Virus record (IMG/VR): IMGVR_UViG_3300032218_000876
Span: 1-24,133 of that record
Direction: 5' to 3' (one strand)
DNA from: a virus
Taxonomy: Duplodnaviria > Caudoviricetes
DNA length: 24,133 nt
A program made the translations under genes and the position numbers. Shown piece by piece: positions 9,695 to 18,137 of this stretch. The first letter of the stretch is position 1. Each line of letters starts with the position of its first letter. A model generated the notes under the pieces. That model was given only the letters and a program-made list of their open reading frames with translations. It was not told the DNA's origin and did no database searches.

Positions 9695-10057
9695 TTACGC
9701 CAAAAAGCGGAGCTTGTATAAAGTGGATAGATAAAGATCAACAATATTGTCGATCAAATTTTGCATTGCTGAATCTTCTTTACTGCAAACATCATATCTT
9801 GCGCCTTCGATTTCTTCAAGAGAAGATTCTAAAAACTCAATAATATTGCCTGTCTTTTTAGCTGACAGTAAGCTAATTGGGCCAATTAAACCATGCCGTC
9901 CCTGATACGCTTCGGAAAAATCGTCTGCGACTTCAATAATTTCATCATAAAAACGATTTAAAGCCTTGTGTTTTGCATAGCTGCGGGTGTTTAAATGAAC
10001 TGAATGAGCCACATCACGGGCTAAAAATAAGATTCCTACAAAATCAGCGGCTTTCAT
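9695..10057 (-). CDS. Dps/ferritin-like four-helix protein (DUF5856-like)
   Basis: 'HSVHLN..SYAKHKALNRFYD.I....D.F.E' resembles the Dps H/H/D/E metal-ligand spacing; C-terminal 'LYKLRFLA'; ATGA overlap with the portal stop. Confidence 0.7.
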   Translation of the reverse strand: MKAADFVGILFLARDVAHSVHLNTRSYAKHKALNRFYDEIIEVADDFSEAYQGRHGLIGPISLLSAKKTGNIIEFLESSLEEIEGARYDVCSKEDSAMQNLIDNIVDLYLSTLYKLRFLA

Positions 10058-12249
10058 TGTGGCATCCCTTGTGGCGGCATTGGTTGTGCTTCTTGTCCTG
10101 GTTCGCCTACTTCGGTTTGTTCTCTAGGCATTTCACTTATTAAATCGCCCGAAGTAATAGCTCCATGTATTGTACCCATAACAATTTCTTGGATATTTTC
10201 TGGAGTCATTGAATTAGCGAACGCTTGCATCCGTTTGGTTTCAGCATCAAAGGCTTTAATTTGAGCTTCAAATTCTTTACGCTCCATATCTTGAGCTTCA
10301 ATGGACTTGCCGACGTTTTGCAACATGGCGTGCATTTGTTCCATTTCTTGACCCATTGCTTGAATCTGTTGTTGAGCCGCAGCCAATGCTGGATCTTCGT
10401 CATCAACGGCAAGTAGTTTAGGATCAATGGTTTTAGCCAAACGATCGCCTAATTCTTGAGCGCCAGGCCAATCCATATTCTTAACAAACAAGTCGCCAGC
10501 CACTTTCCAAAGCTCAGGATTACCTTGCAAAATCTGAGCCATAGCATCCATCGCTTCTTGACGCTTGGTCATGTAGCCTGGGCCTGTAGTAGCCACAACG
10601 TCGTATGTACCAACGCTAGGGTTGTAGATTTTTTCAATCACAATGCCTTGTTGATCGACAATTTTTTTAACTGGCTCAGGTTGTTCAGGGTTAATCTTAA
10701 CCATAGACACTTCACCATCAATACCAACAATACGAGCAATGCGCTCAGTGTCGTAAATCTTAGGAATAAGGTCAATTAACTGACGTGTACCAAAGCGAAT
10801 CGCTTTAGTTAGGTTGTCGCCGTAATGGAATGTACCTACATCACCTTGTTTTTCGCGTGCAAGAATCGCTTTACCGCTGCGTTCGTTGCTTGTAGCGCCT
10901 AAACTTGAGTCATATTGACCAGTTGTAGACTTAATGTCGTCACTAGCGCCCATTTTGGCCTGAATTAAGCCAGTTTGAGCTAATGGAGGTGCAGCGCGTT
11001 GCGGTAATGGCAATGTTGCACCCATACCGTCAGTAACGTCTGGATTAACTTCCAAATAAGGCCAATTGGTCGTATTTGCAGTTTTCCACTGCATTTCGTA
11101 ACCTTCAAATTGACCGCCGTAACCGATAAATGGCGCTTTGGGCGCAAGAGCTAGCATTTCTGCCTCTTGTGATACCCAGTAGTTGTACATACGTTGTGCA
11201 TCTTTGGCATTTCTGACCAATCCTGACACAAAAATACGTCCATCTACTTCAAATTCGTTACCTACTACACGGATCACAGGGATCCATTTACCTGCCCATT
11301 TCTGTTCTTGCAAGATTTCATAGCCATTGGTTTTCATCCAAATAACTTTTTTGACATCTACCGTGCGAGTTTTTAACGGTTTTAAACCGTGTTGTTTCAT
11401 TTGCTTATCTTCAGGGGTATTTTCAAAAAATGATTGATTACCTGGATATAGATTGAGCTTAGTTGGAACGTGTTTGTAATAAAAATACTCGACAATGCGG
11501 ATAGTATCTTCATTTAGCCATTGGCTTAAAGATTCATCGCCTACGCCTTGGGACAAAATAGAACTAATGGGCGCGGCGTTAGGATATTGGCGTTCGTACT
11601 CAGCCTTTTCCATGTCTTGACTGATAAAACAATATTCAGCGTCTTGACCAGCCGGGTCTTGGATCATTGGATCCATGTAAACGCTAAATGCGTTACGAAT
11701 ACGGCCTAAACGGATGTCTTGATCAAACGAATCATCGTTGCAATACTCGGTCAAAATGCGGAAATAGCCTTCGCCGTATGTCACTTGGTTTTCGCAAGCG
11801 GTGTCATACACCACGTCGGCATCAGACATATATTCGATATGGCGAACCATACCTTCAAAAATCTCAGCTACTTCAACATCACCTTTGTCATCGGCTGGAA
11901 TAACTTTTCCAGAGGGTCGATTCTGACGCTGTTCGTTTGTTACTTGACGGACGTGCTGCGGTAGTTTGTTAATAGTAAGGCAAGGTCTTGCGTTAATGGT
12001 CTGCCCTTGAACAGATCCGCGAGTTGCCAATACGTCAGCAGGCCATTGCCATTGATTATCTGGAGAACCAGCCATAAATCGAAGGTCATCAAGTTCATCT
12101 TCACGGGATTCGCTGTATGCTGACATCGCCATCGTAAAGCGATGACGCATCGTGGCTAGAACATCTGCTTGTTCGTCTGGGCCTGTGGGGTTGATACCTA
12201 CGTTGGCTACTTTGCCAACAATATTCATCGAGGTTTGGTCATACGCCAT
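10054..12249 (-). CDS. Portal protein, P22-like
   Basis: 731 aa; 'RPCLTINKL', 'KDAQRMYNYW', 'SGKAILAR' motifs; Gln-rich C-terminal barrel coiled coil. Confidence 0.92.
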   Translation of the reverse strand: MAYDQTSMNIVGKVANVGINPTGPDEQADVLATMRHRFTMAMSAYSESREDELDDLRFMAGSPDNQWQWPADVLATRGSVQGQTINARPCLTINKLPQHVRQVTNEQRQNRPSGKVIPADDKGDVEVAEIFEGMVRHIEYMSDADVVYDTACENQVTYGEGYFRILTEYCNDDSFDQDIRLGRIRNAFSVYMDPMIQDPAGQDAEYCFISQDMEKAEYERQYPNAAPISSILSQGVGDESLSQWLNEDTIRIVEYFYYKHVPTKLNLYPGNQSFFENTPEDKQMKQHGLKPLKTRTVDVKKVIWMKTNGYEILQEQKWAGKWIPVIRVVGNEFEVDGRIFVSGLVRNAKDAQRMYNYWVSQEAEMLALAPKAPFIGYGGQFEGYEMQWKTANTTNWPYLEVNPDVTDGMGATLPLPQRAAPPLAQTGLIQAKMGASDDIKSTTGQYDSSLGATSNERSGKAILAREKQGDVGTFHYGDNLTKAIRFGTRQLIDLIPKIYDTERIARIVGIDGEVSMVKINPEQPEPVKKIVDQQGIVIEKIYNPSVGTYDVVATTGPGYMTKRQEAMDAMAQILQGNPELWKVAGDLFVKNMDWPGAQELGDRLAKTIDPKLLAVDDEDPALAAAQQQIQAMGQEMEQMHAMLQNVGKSIEAQDMERKEFEAQIKAFDAETKRMQAFANSMTPENIQEIVMGTIHGAITSGDLISEMPREQTEVGEPGQEAQPMPPQGMPQ

Positions 12250-12517
12250 TTAGTATTCCGATCACATCAGGTTCGCGCATCATCAACAATTCTTCGCCGT
12301 CAACGGTAACCTTTTGCCCGGAATATTCGCCGAATAGCACATGGTCGCCTTCTTTGACGTTCATAGGCTCAAGGAATCCCTTTGGACTCTTTTTGCCTTC
12401 ACCAATTGCCACTATGATACCGCTAAATAATTTGTTTTGTGGTAAAACTATTAAATCCGATAACTTTTCTGTGTCTTGACGAATTAGAACACAATTACTT
12501 AATGGTTTTAGGCTCAT
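12239..12517 (-). CDS. groES: Co-chaperonin GroES (Cpn10) homologue
   Basis: 'LKPL...VLI', 'IVLP', 'IVAIGEG', 'VKEGDHVLFGEYSG..V.VDGEELLMMRE.DVIGI'. Confidence 0.9.
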   Translation of the reverse strand: MSLKPLSNCVLIRQDTEKLSDLIVLPQNKLFSGIIVAIGEGKKSPKGFLEPMNVKEGDHVLFGEYSGQKVTVDGEELLMMREPDVIGILNGV

Positions 12518-12723
12518 TTTTTCTTTGCAAGGATTTTGTTTGCTTTAGCATCAATCTTAGATTTAGCTGATGGAGATAGTTTGCCAGCCTTTACTTCTTG
12601 GCTTGCACGCGCTTTAGCGTTAGCTGCATGGGCGCGATCAGGCATTGGATACTTACGTTCGCTCGGCATACCAAACTCAGACTTAGATAATGAATTGCGT
12701 GACTTAGTAGTTAGCTTGCTCAT
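12514..12723 (-). CDS. Small basic phage protein (DUF6582-like), 69 aa
   Basis: 'RNSL..SEF.MP.ERKYPMPDRAHAANAKAR'; Lys/Arg-rich; ATGA overlaps at both ends. Confidence 0.75.
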   Translation of the reverse strand: MSKLTTKSRNSLSKSEFGMPSERKYPMPDRAHAANAKARASQEVKAGKLSPSAKSKIDAKANKILAKKK

Positions 12724-12893
12724 CTGCCTCTCCCTGCTACTTTTTTAACCGCGCTGTTTTTGCCTTTACTTGCGGCTTCGCGCTTGACGCTGTACGCGAT
12801 GGCGACCGCTTGCTTGATGGGCTTGCCTGAACGGGCTTCGGCGCGGACGTTTTCTTTGAAGGCTTTAGCACTGGTGCTTTTTTTGAGGGGCAT
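12720..12893 (-). CDS. Small basic protein, 57 aa (MPLKKSTSAKAFKENVRAEARSGKPIKQAVAIAYSVKREAASKGKNSAVKKVAGRGR); not in the supplied ORF track
   Basis: Translated by hand; AGGAG RBS upstream; stop overlaps the next ATG (ATGA); 'QAVAIAYS' motif is common in small proteins next to terminase genes. Confidence 0.8.
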   Translation of the reverse strand: MPLKKSTSAKAFKENVRAEARSGKPIKQAVAIAYSVKREAASKGKNSAVKKVAGRGR

Positions 12894-12954
12894 GGTTCAT
12901 TCTCCTGTGGTTGAATCGGTTGATAGCCAAACAGCTTCATTAATTTTTTAAACA

Positions 12955-14481
12955 TTATGATCCCATCCATGAGTTCAGAGCTGCGCCCTGGGATTGATAC
13001 GTCTGTTTGCGAAGTATACCTTTAGATTCCCGATGTGCAACAGGAAACGCAAAAGTCAGCGCTATGGCGTCTGCCGCGTCGGGCGATGCTAGCCCTCTAG
13101 CCTTCATGTCTTTCTTGCTTTCCAAGAAGATCGCCCCTTTGCTGTCCGGCTTCATCAGTGGGCTAATGAGGTCACTCTTAAGATAGCGATCCTGTGGCAT
13201 AGCCGCCTCACGCAGCCAGTTCTTCATGTCGCCCCACATCTCAGCCCGTTTGTTGCCGTACATCATAGGGTTCTTAGCTCGGTTCGCGAAGTTCACACCC
13301 CGCACCTTGTAGCGTTGCTCCTTGAGCCGATCCACTACCCCAGCACCTAGGCCGCCTTCGTCGATGTTTACTAGCGCTGGCTGATACTGCTCCATCACCT
13401 CGATGATGCGCCCAACCGTTTCCATTGTGTCGTCACCCTTATGTTTGCGTAGCTCCACGATGTCGCGCCCTTGCCGCACAGCGATAACGGTCGAGTCCGA
13501 TCCAAACCGAGCAGGGTCAACCCCCACGATAATGGGCGCGGAGTCGTCCTTGTATCTGTCCCGTTTCATCGCCTCATCCACTAGGGCGGAGCCAATGAAC
13601 TGGTCATCACTAGCGTTGGGAAACATACCATAGACCTCAACATACGCTTGGCTTGAATCAGCCCCGTACTCGTCAATGATCTGGTTGTACACGCCCTTGT
13701 CAGTACCCTCGACTTCCCTTGAGTCGATGTTGCGCGTTTGCCAAAAGTCACGCTTAGAATGAAACGCCTCATAGAAGTAGCCGCTGTTGCGACGCGGGTT
13801 AGAGAACGCAAACCAAAAACGGTTGGGCGTGTTCTCAGTAAAGAACCCTGACGTCACCGCCCAGATAGAGTCGTCAATACCTGACGCCTCATCAAATATG
13901 ACCATCACCCCGTCGTAGTTGTGAACTCCCGCAAACGCGTCCGGATTCTCAGCCGACCATAGCCGCCCTTCCACACCCCAGTAGCGCGTGCCTTTCTTCA
14001 AGTCGCGCTCAACCAACTCAGTCAGCCATTTGGCTGGCATGACTCTTGTGGCGCTGACCTCAAACCAATGGCTGTTGATGGACATGGACAGCCACTTAGT
14101 AATCTCAGCCCAAGTGACCGAGCGTAGCTGCGTTTCGCTGTTAGCCGACACGATGATGGACGCGCCTATTCTGGTCGATAGCATCCAATGCTCTAGCCAG
14201 GACACTAGGGCCGACTTGCCAATACCGCGCCCAGAAGCCACGGCTTCACGCAGTACGTCAAAGTCAACTTTACCCTGATTAGCTTGGATGTGGTCGGCGA
14301 TGTCTTGCAGGATCTGGCGTTGCCACTTGCGTGGGCCATTGAAATGTTCAAGCGGCGTGCCTTTCTCGCCCCACGGATAGCAAAACATCACGAATGCTAA
14401 CGGGTTGTCTTTGAGGGCTGGCGACCACAGTTTAGCCATGAGCGCCTGTTCGTCTTGGGCGCTGTAGATTGTCGTTTGCAT
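12955..14481 (-). CDS. terL: Terminase large subunit
   Basis: Walker A 'ASGRGIGKS', Walker B 'VIFDEASG', motif III 'SNP', nuclease 'GVDPARFGSD' and 'SPDAADA'. Confidence 0.93.
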   Translation of the reverse strand: MQTTIYSAQDEQALMAKLWSPALKDNPLAFVMFCYPWGEKGTPLEHFNGPRKWQRQILQDIADHIQANQGKVDFDVLREAVASGRGIGKSALVSWLEHWMLSTRIGASIIVSANSETQLRSVTWAEITKWLSMSINSHWFEVSATRVMPAKWLTELVERDLKKGTRYWGVEGRLWSAENPDAFAGVHNYDGVMVIFDEASGIDDSIWAVTSGFFTENTPNRFWFAFSNPRRNSGYFYEAFHSKRDFWQTRNIDSREVEGTDKGVYNQIIDEYGADSSQAYVEVYGMFPNASDDQFIGSALVDEAMKRDRYKDDSAPIIVGVDPARFGSDSTVIAVRQGRDIVELRKHKGDDTMETVGRIIEVMEQYQPALVNIDEGGLGAGVVDRLKEQRYKVRGVNFANRAKNPMMYGNKRAEMWGDMKNWLREAAMPQDRYLKSDLISPLMKPDSKGAIFLESKKDMKARGLASPDAADAIALTFAFPVAHRESKGILRKQTYQSQGAALNSWMGS

Positions 14482-14930
14482 TAGGCTGCTTTTAGTTTTT
14501 CTTTAGGTAGTTCTTTATAGGTCACGTCTTGGGCGGGTTGGCTTTCCAGAGCATCGACAACTCGTTGTTGCGCTTGTTCAAGCGCTGCCGTGATAGATAT
14601 TCGTTGTTCAACGTCGATTGAAAGCTGTTGCTTGGCAACCCATCCGTGCTGGTGTTTAAGGATTTCGAGGGCGGCTTTGGCGTCACCTTCTTTTGCAGCA
14701 AGATGCAAGACTTGGGCCATTTCACGTTCTCCATCAGCGCGTCCTTTCAGTTCAGCGTACTCAGCAATTGGGTCAAACAAAATCAATTGCCGATATTCAG
14801 TAGGCGTCATTCCGGCAGCTAAAGCCAAAGAGTCACCTTTTAGCCCTAACTTAGCGGCTTGCATGATTGCTTCTAGCCGCGCTTCCGTGGCTTGCAATTT
14901 ACGAGGTTCGTAAGCGAAGGATTGGAACAT
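14481..14930 (-). CDS. terS: Terminase small subunit (probable start MFQSFAYEPRKL..., 149 aa)
   Basis: Directly upstream of terL with TAATG overlap; helical, 'AALEILKHQHGW' motif; the longer 14999 start runs through a T-rich, promoter-like stretch. Confidence 0.7.
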   Translation of the reverse strand: MFQSFAYEPRKLQATEARLEAIMQAAKLGLKGDSLALAAGMTPTEYRQLILFDPIAEYAELKGRADGEREMAQVLHLAAKEGDAKAALEILKHQHGWVAKQQLSIDVEQRISITAALEQAQQRVVDALESQPAQDVTYKELPKEKLKAA

Positions 14931-14936
14931 GAGTGG

Positions 14937-14945
14937 AGTGTAACA
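14937..14945 (-). promoter_or_regulatory. Extended -10 element (TG-T-TACACT) 6 nt upstream of the terS ATG
   Basis: Minus strand reads TTTTTTG-T-TACACT-CCACTC-ATG; no Shine-Dalgarno. Confidence 0.45.
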
Positions 14946-15096
14946 AAAAAATTTAAAAAATAAAAATTGTTCGTGATAGCTGGCCACCACAAGCACCAAA
15001 CTCCCAGGCCCTAGGGGGGGGTGCTTAAAAAATAGGCAATTTCTAAAGTCTAGGGGTAAACCCTACTGGCTCATGGCATGAGCTAGAGAACATGGA

Positions 15097-15194
15097 GATA
15101 ATGCCTGATTATGTGTAGATAATACTATATTATCTTTTGCTTTTGATTATATTTGATTATCTAATAATCCAGATAATCCGATTATCTTATTATC
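15097..15194. repeat. AT-rich array of ~10 GATAAT/GATTAT/ATTATC hexamers (left flank of the island)
   Basis: Hexamers at about 15097, 15107, 15118, 15129, 15145, 15155, 15164, 15172, 15180, 15189. Confidence 0.75.
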
Positions 15195-15198
15195 TATT

Positions 15199-15610
15199 TG
15201 TGGACAATGTGGACTATCCACAATAATCCGTCCAGAATATGATTTGTGGACAATGTGGACAATTTGATTTTAGGTTATCCACAATGTCCACAACTGGGAG
15301 AAAAGCTGGGAACAAAGAGACGGGGTCTGGGAGATTTGTGGACAATGTGGACAATTTGGACAGTCCAATTAAATCGTTGGCTTACAACATTCGCTCACGA
15401 AGACTTATACAAAAAACAATCTTTAGCTATATACCTATTTTAAATTGTCCACAATATCCACAAGCAAGCCAGTTCTGGCTCTCATGGCTTTTTGCATTGT
15501 CCACAACATTATCCACAACTTGTCCACAACTGCCCTAAATTGTCCACAACTTGTCCAGACACTCTCATGCCATCTGGACTGCAAATAAATCCTTTACAAC
15601 TTGTGGACAT
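15199..15610. repeat. Cluster of ~17 TGTGGACAA / TTGTCCACA 9-mers in both orientations; candidate replication-origin iterons, DnaA-box-like
   Basis: Forward copies at 15199, 15208, 15245, 15254, 15337, 15346, 15602; reverse at 15445, 15497, 15520, 15540 and variants; perfect TTATCCACA at 15275 and 15509. Confidence 0.85.
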
Positions 15611-15622
15611 TTTGACTACAAT
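15593..15622 (+). promoter_or_regulatory. Sigma70-like promoter for the plus-strand operon
   Basis: TTTACA (15593-98), 18 nt spacer, TACAAT (15617-22), ~75 nt before the ATG at 15696. Confidence 0.6.
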
Positions 15623-15651
15623 CACAAGAGCAGTAAAAAGCAGTGCAGTGC

Positions 15652-15668
15652 ATGAGAACAATTCTCAT
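15652..15668. promoter_or_regulatory. Palindromic operator, Fur-box-like (ATGAGAAC-A-ATTCTCAT)
   Basis: 7-1-7 dyad TGAGAAC-A-ATTCTCA between the promoter and the RBS. Confidence 0.45.
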
Positions 15669-15695
15669 TTAATCAACTAAAGTAAAGGACTGAAA

Positions 15696-17114
15696 ATGAA
15701 CCAAAACTTGTTAAAAAGATGGAGAGAGATTAAGGCAGATTATGTCGCATCAACTCCTGAAAGGCAGAGAGAAGTATTAGTAAGCCATGCCAAAAGTATT
15801 ATAGAGCGCAATCTTGGCAAAGACTGGCAATCAATCAATAGAAGCAGAATGACTGGCTTTGGTAATACTGCTTATTCCATTTTGGAGCGTAAAAAGATGT
15901 ACCAGATAGTAGGCAAAGAATTTGCACAAGCAATCAAGGACGAAGACTGGCAGAGCGCACTAGATGCGCTCAATCAGTACGGGACAAGGGTTAGTTATCG
16001 CTCCAGCATGGAAGATGTCTTACACAAGCACTTTGAAGATGAGTGCTTTTTTTGCTGTGATGACTGTAATAACTTCTTTAATACTGATGAGCAAAATAGC
16101 ACTTATGACGGGGATTACCATGTATGCGAAGACTGCTTAAGCTCTGGATATACCTATTCTGACTATCGAGACACTTACATAAGCAATAACGACTGGGAAG
16201 ATGAGCAGGAAGACGAGGAGCAGGAGCGTGAGTATGAGCATATAGGTGAGTATCATTCCAGTAAGCGAAGACTGGGACATATTCCATCCAGTTACGATAT
16301 GCGCTCTCCCCGTGTTTTGCTTGGCATGGAGCTGGAGATGGAAGTGGGAGATGACTGGGACAAGGACTCAAGAGCTGGACTCATTCTGGACAATACCTCT
16401 GACTATAAGGATGAAGATGGTATCAAGCATACATACTGCCTAATGGAGCAGGATGGCTCTCTGGACAATGGCTTTGAAATGGTTACTGCCTACACTGGTC
16501 TGGATGTGCATAAGCACCAGCTCCAGTATTTCAAGCAGAAAACTAAAGGCATGAAGTCTCACGACACTAGCACTTGTGGACTTCATGTCCATGTCTGCAA
16601 GTCCAGCATGACTACTTTGCATGGAGCTAAGTTGGTGCTATTTATCAACGACCCTGCTAATGCTGAACTGGTCAAAAGTATTGCCAGACGGGATGCCAGT
16701 GGATATGCAAAATTCCAGAATAAAAAGGAAGATAAGCACTGGCTCAAAGATAGCGTCCATTCTAGCAAGCACAAGGCAGACCAGCTCTGCAGACTGAACT
16801 CTGACAGATACGAAGCACTCAATTTTAGGAATGAGAAAACAATCGAATTTCGATTGTTTAAAGGGACTTTGAAGTACGAGACTATGGTCTCATGCCTAGA
16901 ATTTGCCTTTGCTTGCTGGCACTTTACTGCCAGTGCCAGTACCAGTGAACTCACTACTGGGAAGTTTTTGGACTTTATCTGCTTACCAGAAAACAGAAAA
17001 GACACTCGCTTTTTGAGAGCGTATCTTAAAGAAAAGGGATATAAGCTGGCAGACAATTTGCGTAAGACAATCGCTCCAGCATTACCAGCAGTGCCAGAAA
17101 TAGCAGAAGTTTAA
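15696..17114 (+). CDS. Phage COOH-NH2 ligase (amidoligase, glutamine-synthetase-like fold) with N-terminal CxxC pairs
   Basis: 'GMELEME', 'DGSLDNGFEMVT', 'TCGLHVHV', 'RYEALNF', 'TIEFRLFKGTL'; CDDC and CEDC upstream; AAAGGA RBS. Confidence 0.85.
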   Translation: MNQNLLKRWREIKADYVASTPERQREVLVSHAKSIIERNLGKDWQSINRSRMTGFGNTAYSILERKKMYQIVGKEFAQAIKDEDWQSALDALNQYGTRVSYRSSMEDVLHKHFEDECFFCCDDCNNFFNTDEQNSTYDGDYHVCEDCLSSGYTYSDYRDTYISNNDWEDEQEDEEQEREYEHIGEYHSSKRRLGHIPSSYDMRSPRVLLGMELEMEVGDDWDKDSRAGLILDNTSDYKDEDGIKHTYCLMEQDGSLDNGFEMVTAYTGLDVHKHQLQYFKQKTKGMKSHDTSTCGLHVHVCKSSMTTLHGAKLVLFINDPANAELVKSIARRDASGYAKFQNKKEDKHWLKDSVHSSKHKADQLCRLNSDRYEALNFRNEKTIEFRLFKGTLKYETMVSCLEFAFACWHFTASASTSELTTGKFLDFICLPENRKDTRFLRAYLKEKGYKLADNLRKTIAPALPAVPEIAEV

Positions 17115-17145
17115 ATATATCAACTCACGAAAAGGATTTAAAAAT

Positions 17146-18126
17146 ATGTGTTTATTAATCACTCAAAACCAAAACTCTCCAGCTCTTTCACGGGACTGGC
17201 TCTCTGACTTTTACGACTACAACTCTGACGGGGTAGGCGTGATGTATGCAAAAGACGGCGCATTGATTGTGGAAAAGATTTTGCCAGTATCAGCAGAAGA
17301 TTTTATTCAGTTTTATAGCAATCATATTGCTGGCAAAAATTGTGCTTTTCACTTACGAATGAGAACTCACGGGGACACTGACTTAACGAATTGTCATCCT
17401 TACGAAGTCTTAAACCAGCAGGAACACGGGACAAGTCTCTGGCTTATGCACAATGGCATTTTATCCACTGGCAATCAGGCAGATACCAGCAAGTCTGACA
17501 CTTGGCATTACATCAAGGACTATTTGCGGCCAATGCTCTCTCGCAATCCAGACTATGCCTTTAGTCCAGAATTTGCGGCCATTATTGGCTCGCATATTGG
17601 CGCATCAAATAAGTTTGTGCTGATGGATGAGCAGGGCAGACAAGCAGTAGTCAATCAAAGCTCTGGGGTTTACTGGTCTGGTCTCTGGCTCTCCAATACT
17701 TACGCATGGTCTGCCAGTGCCAGTGCTAGTAAAACTGCCTACAAAAAGGGTAAAAAGGCACAAGCACTCATTCTTAAGCAATCAAAAGAAAAGCCAGACA
17801 CCAGACTGCCTACTAAGCACGACTACATGGGGTCTGGGAGCGTATATGGGAGCAGAGAGTATTACTACCCTGATTATTACGACCTTGAAGCGACTATCGA
17901 AGATTTGCTATACATGGGATACCAAAAGGCAGGAGACATCTCTCTGAACTCAATAGATGCCTTTGTGGATGTCTTTGGGGTCAATGCTTTTCTAGACTTG
18001 GCAGATATGCTGATGCAAGGAGAGATTAACGAAGAGTGCTTTATATCTGGCATCACTGACCATAAGATAGCTCGCTCTGACTTTGGTCTTAAAGCATATA
18101 ACTCATTCCCTGCCTACATGGAATAA
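17146..18126 (+). CDS. Class II (Ntn) glutamine amidotransferase
   Basis: N-terminal Met-Cys, 'NSDGVG', 'FHLRMRTHG', 'NCHPY', 'LMHNGIL', 'SDT', 'LSN'; AAAGGA RBS. Confidence 0.88.
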   Translation: MCLLITQNQNSPALSRDWLSDFYDYNSDGVGVMYAKDGALIVEKILPVSAEDFIQFYSNHIAGKNCAFHLRMRTHGDTDLTNCHPYEVLNQQEHGTSLWLMHNGILSTGNQADTSKSDTWHYIKDYLRPMLSRNPDYAFSPEFAAIIGSHIGASNKFVLMDEQGRQAVVNQSSGVYWSGLWLSNTYAWSASASASKTAYKKGKKAQALILKQSKEKPDTRLPTKHDYMGSGSVYGSREYYYPDYYDLEATIEDLLYMGYQKAGDISLNSIDAFVDVFGVNAFLDLADMLMQGEINEECFISGITDHKIARSDFGLKAYNSFPAYME

Positions 18127-18137
18127 AGGAGAATTAC

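Noticed and set aside
173-14913. Numerous plus-strand and alternate-frame ORFs over the structural genes (e.g. 7435-9378, 10225-10779, 13403-14913)
   Set aside because: Antisense shadows of well-supported genes, lacking RBS and recognisable motifs
14931-14999. N-terminal extension of terS
   Set aside because: Runs through poly-T, promoter-like sequence (FLFFKFFC); the ATG at 14930 is more plausible
15199-15610. Bacterial chromosomal oriC
   Set aside because: The context is entirely phage with no dnaA/gidA neighbours, and most boxes are the TTGTCCACA variant
15239-15680. ORFs 15239..15538, 15246..15443 and 15492..15680
   Set aside because: Translations (CGQCGQ, MWTMWT, CPQ) just reflect the 9-bp repeats; no RBS
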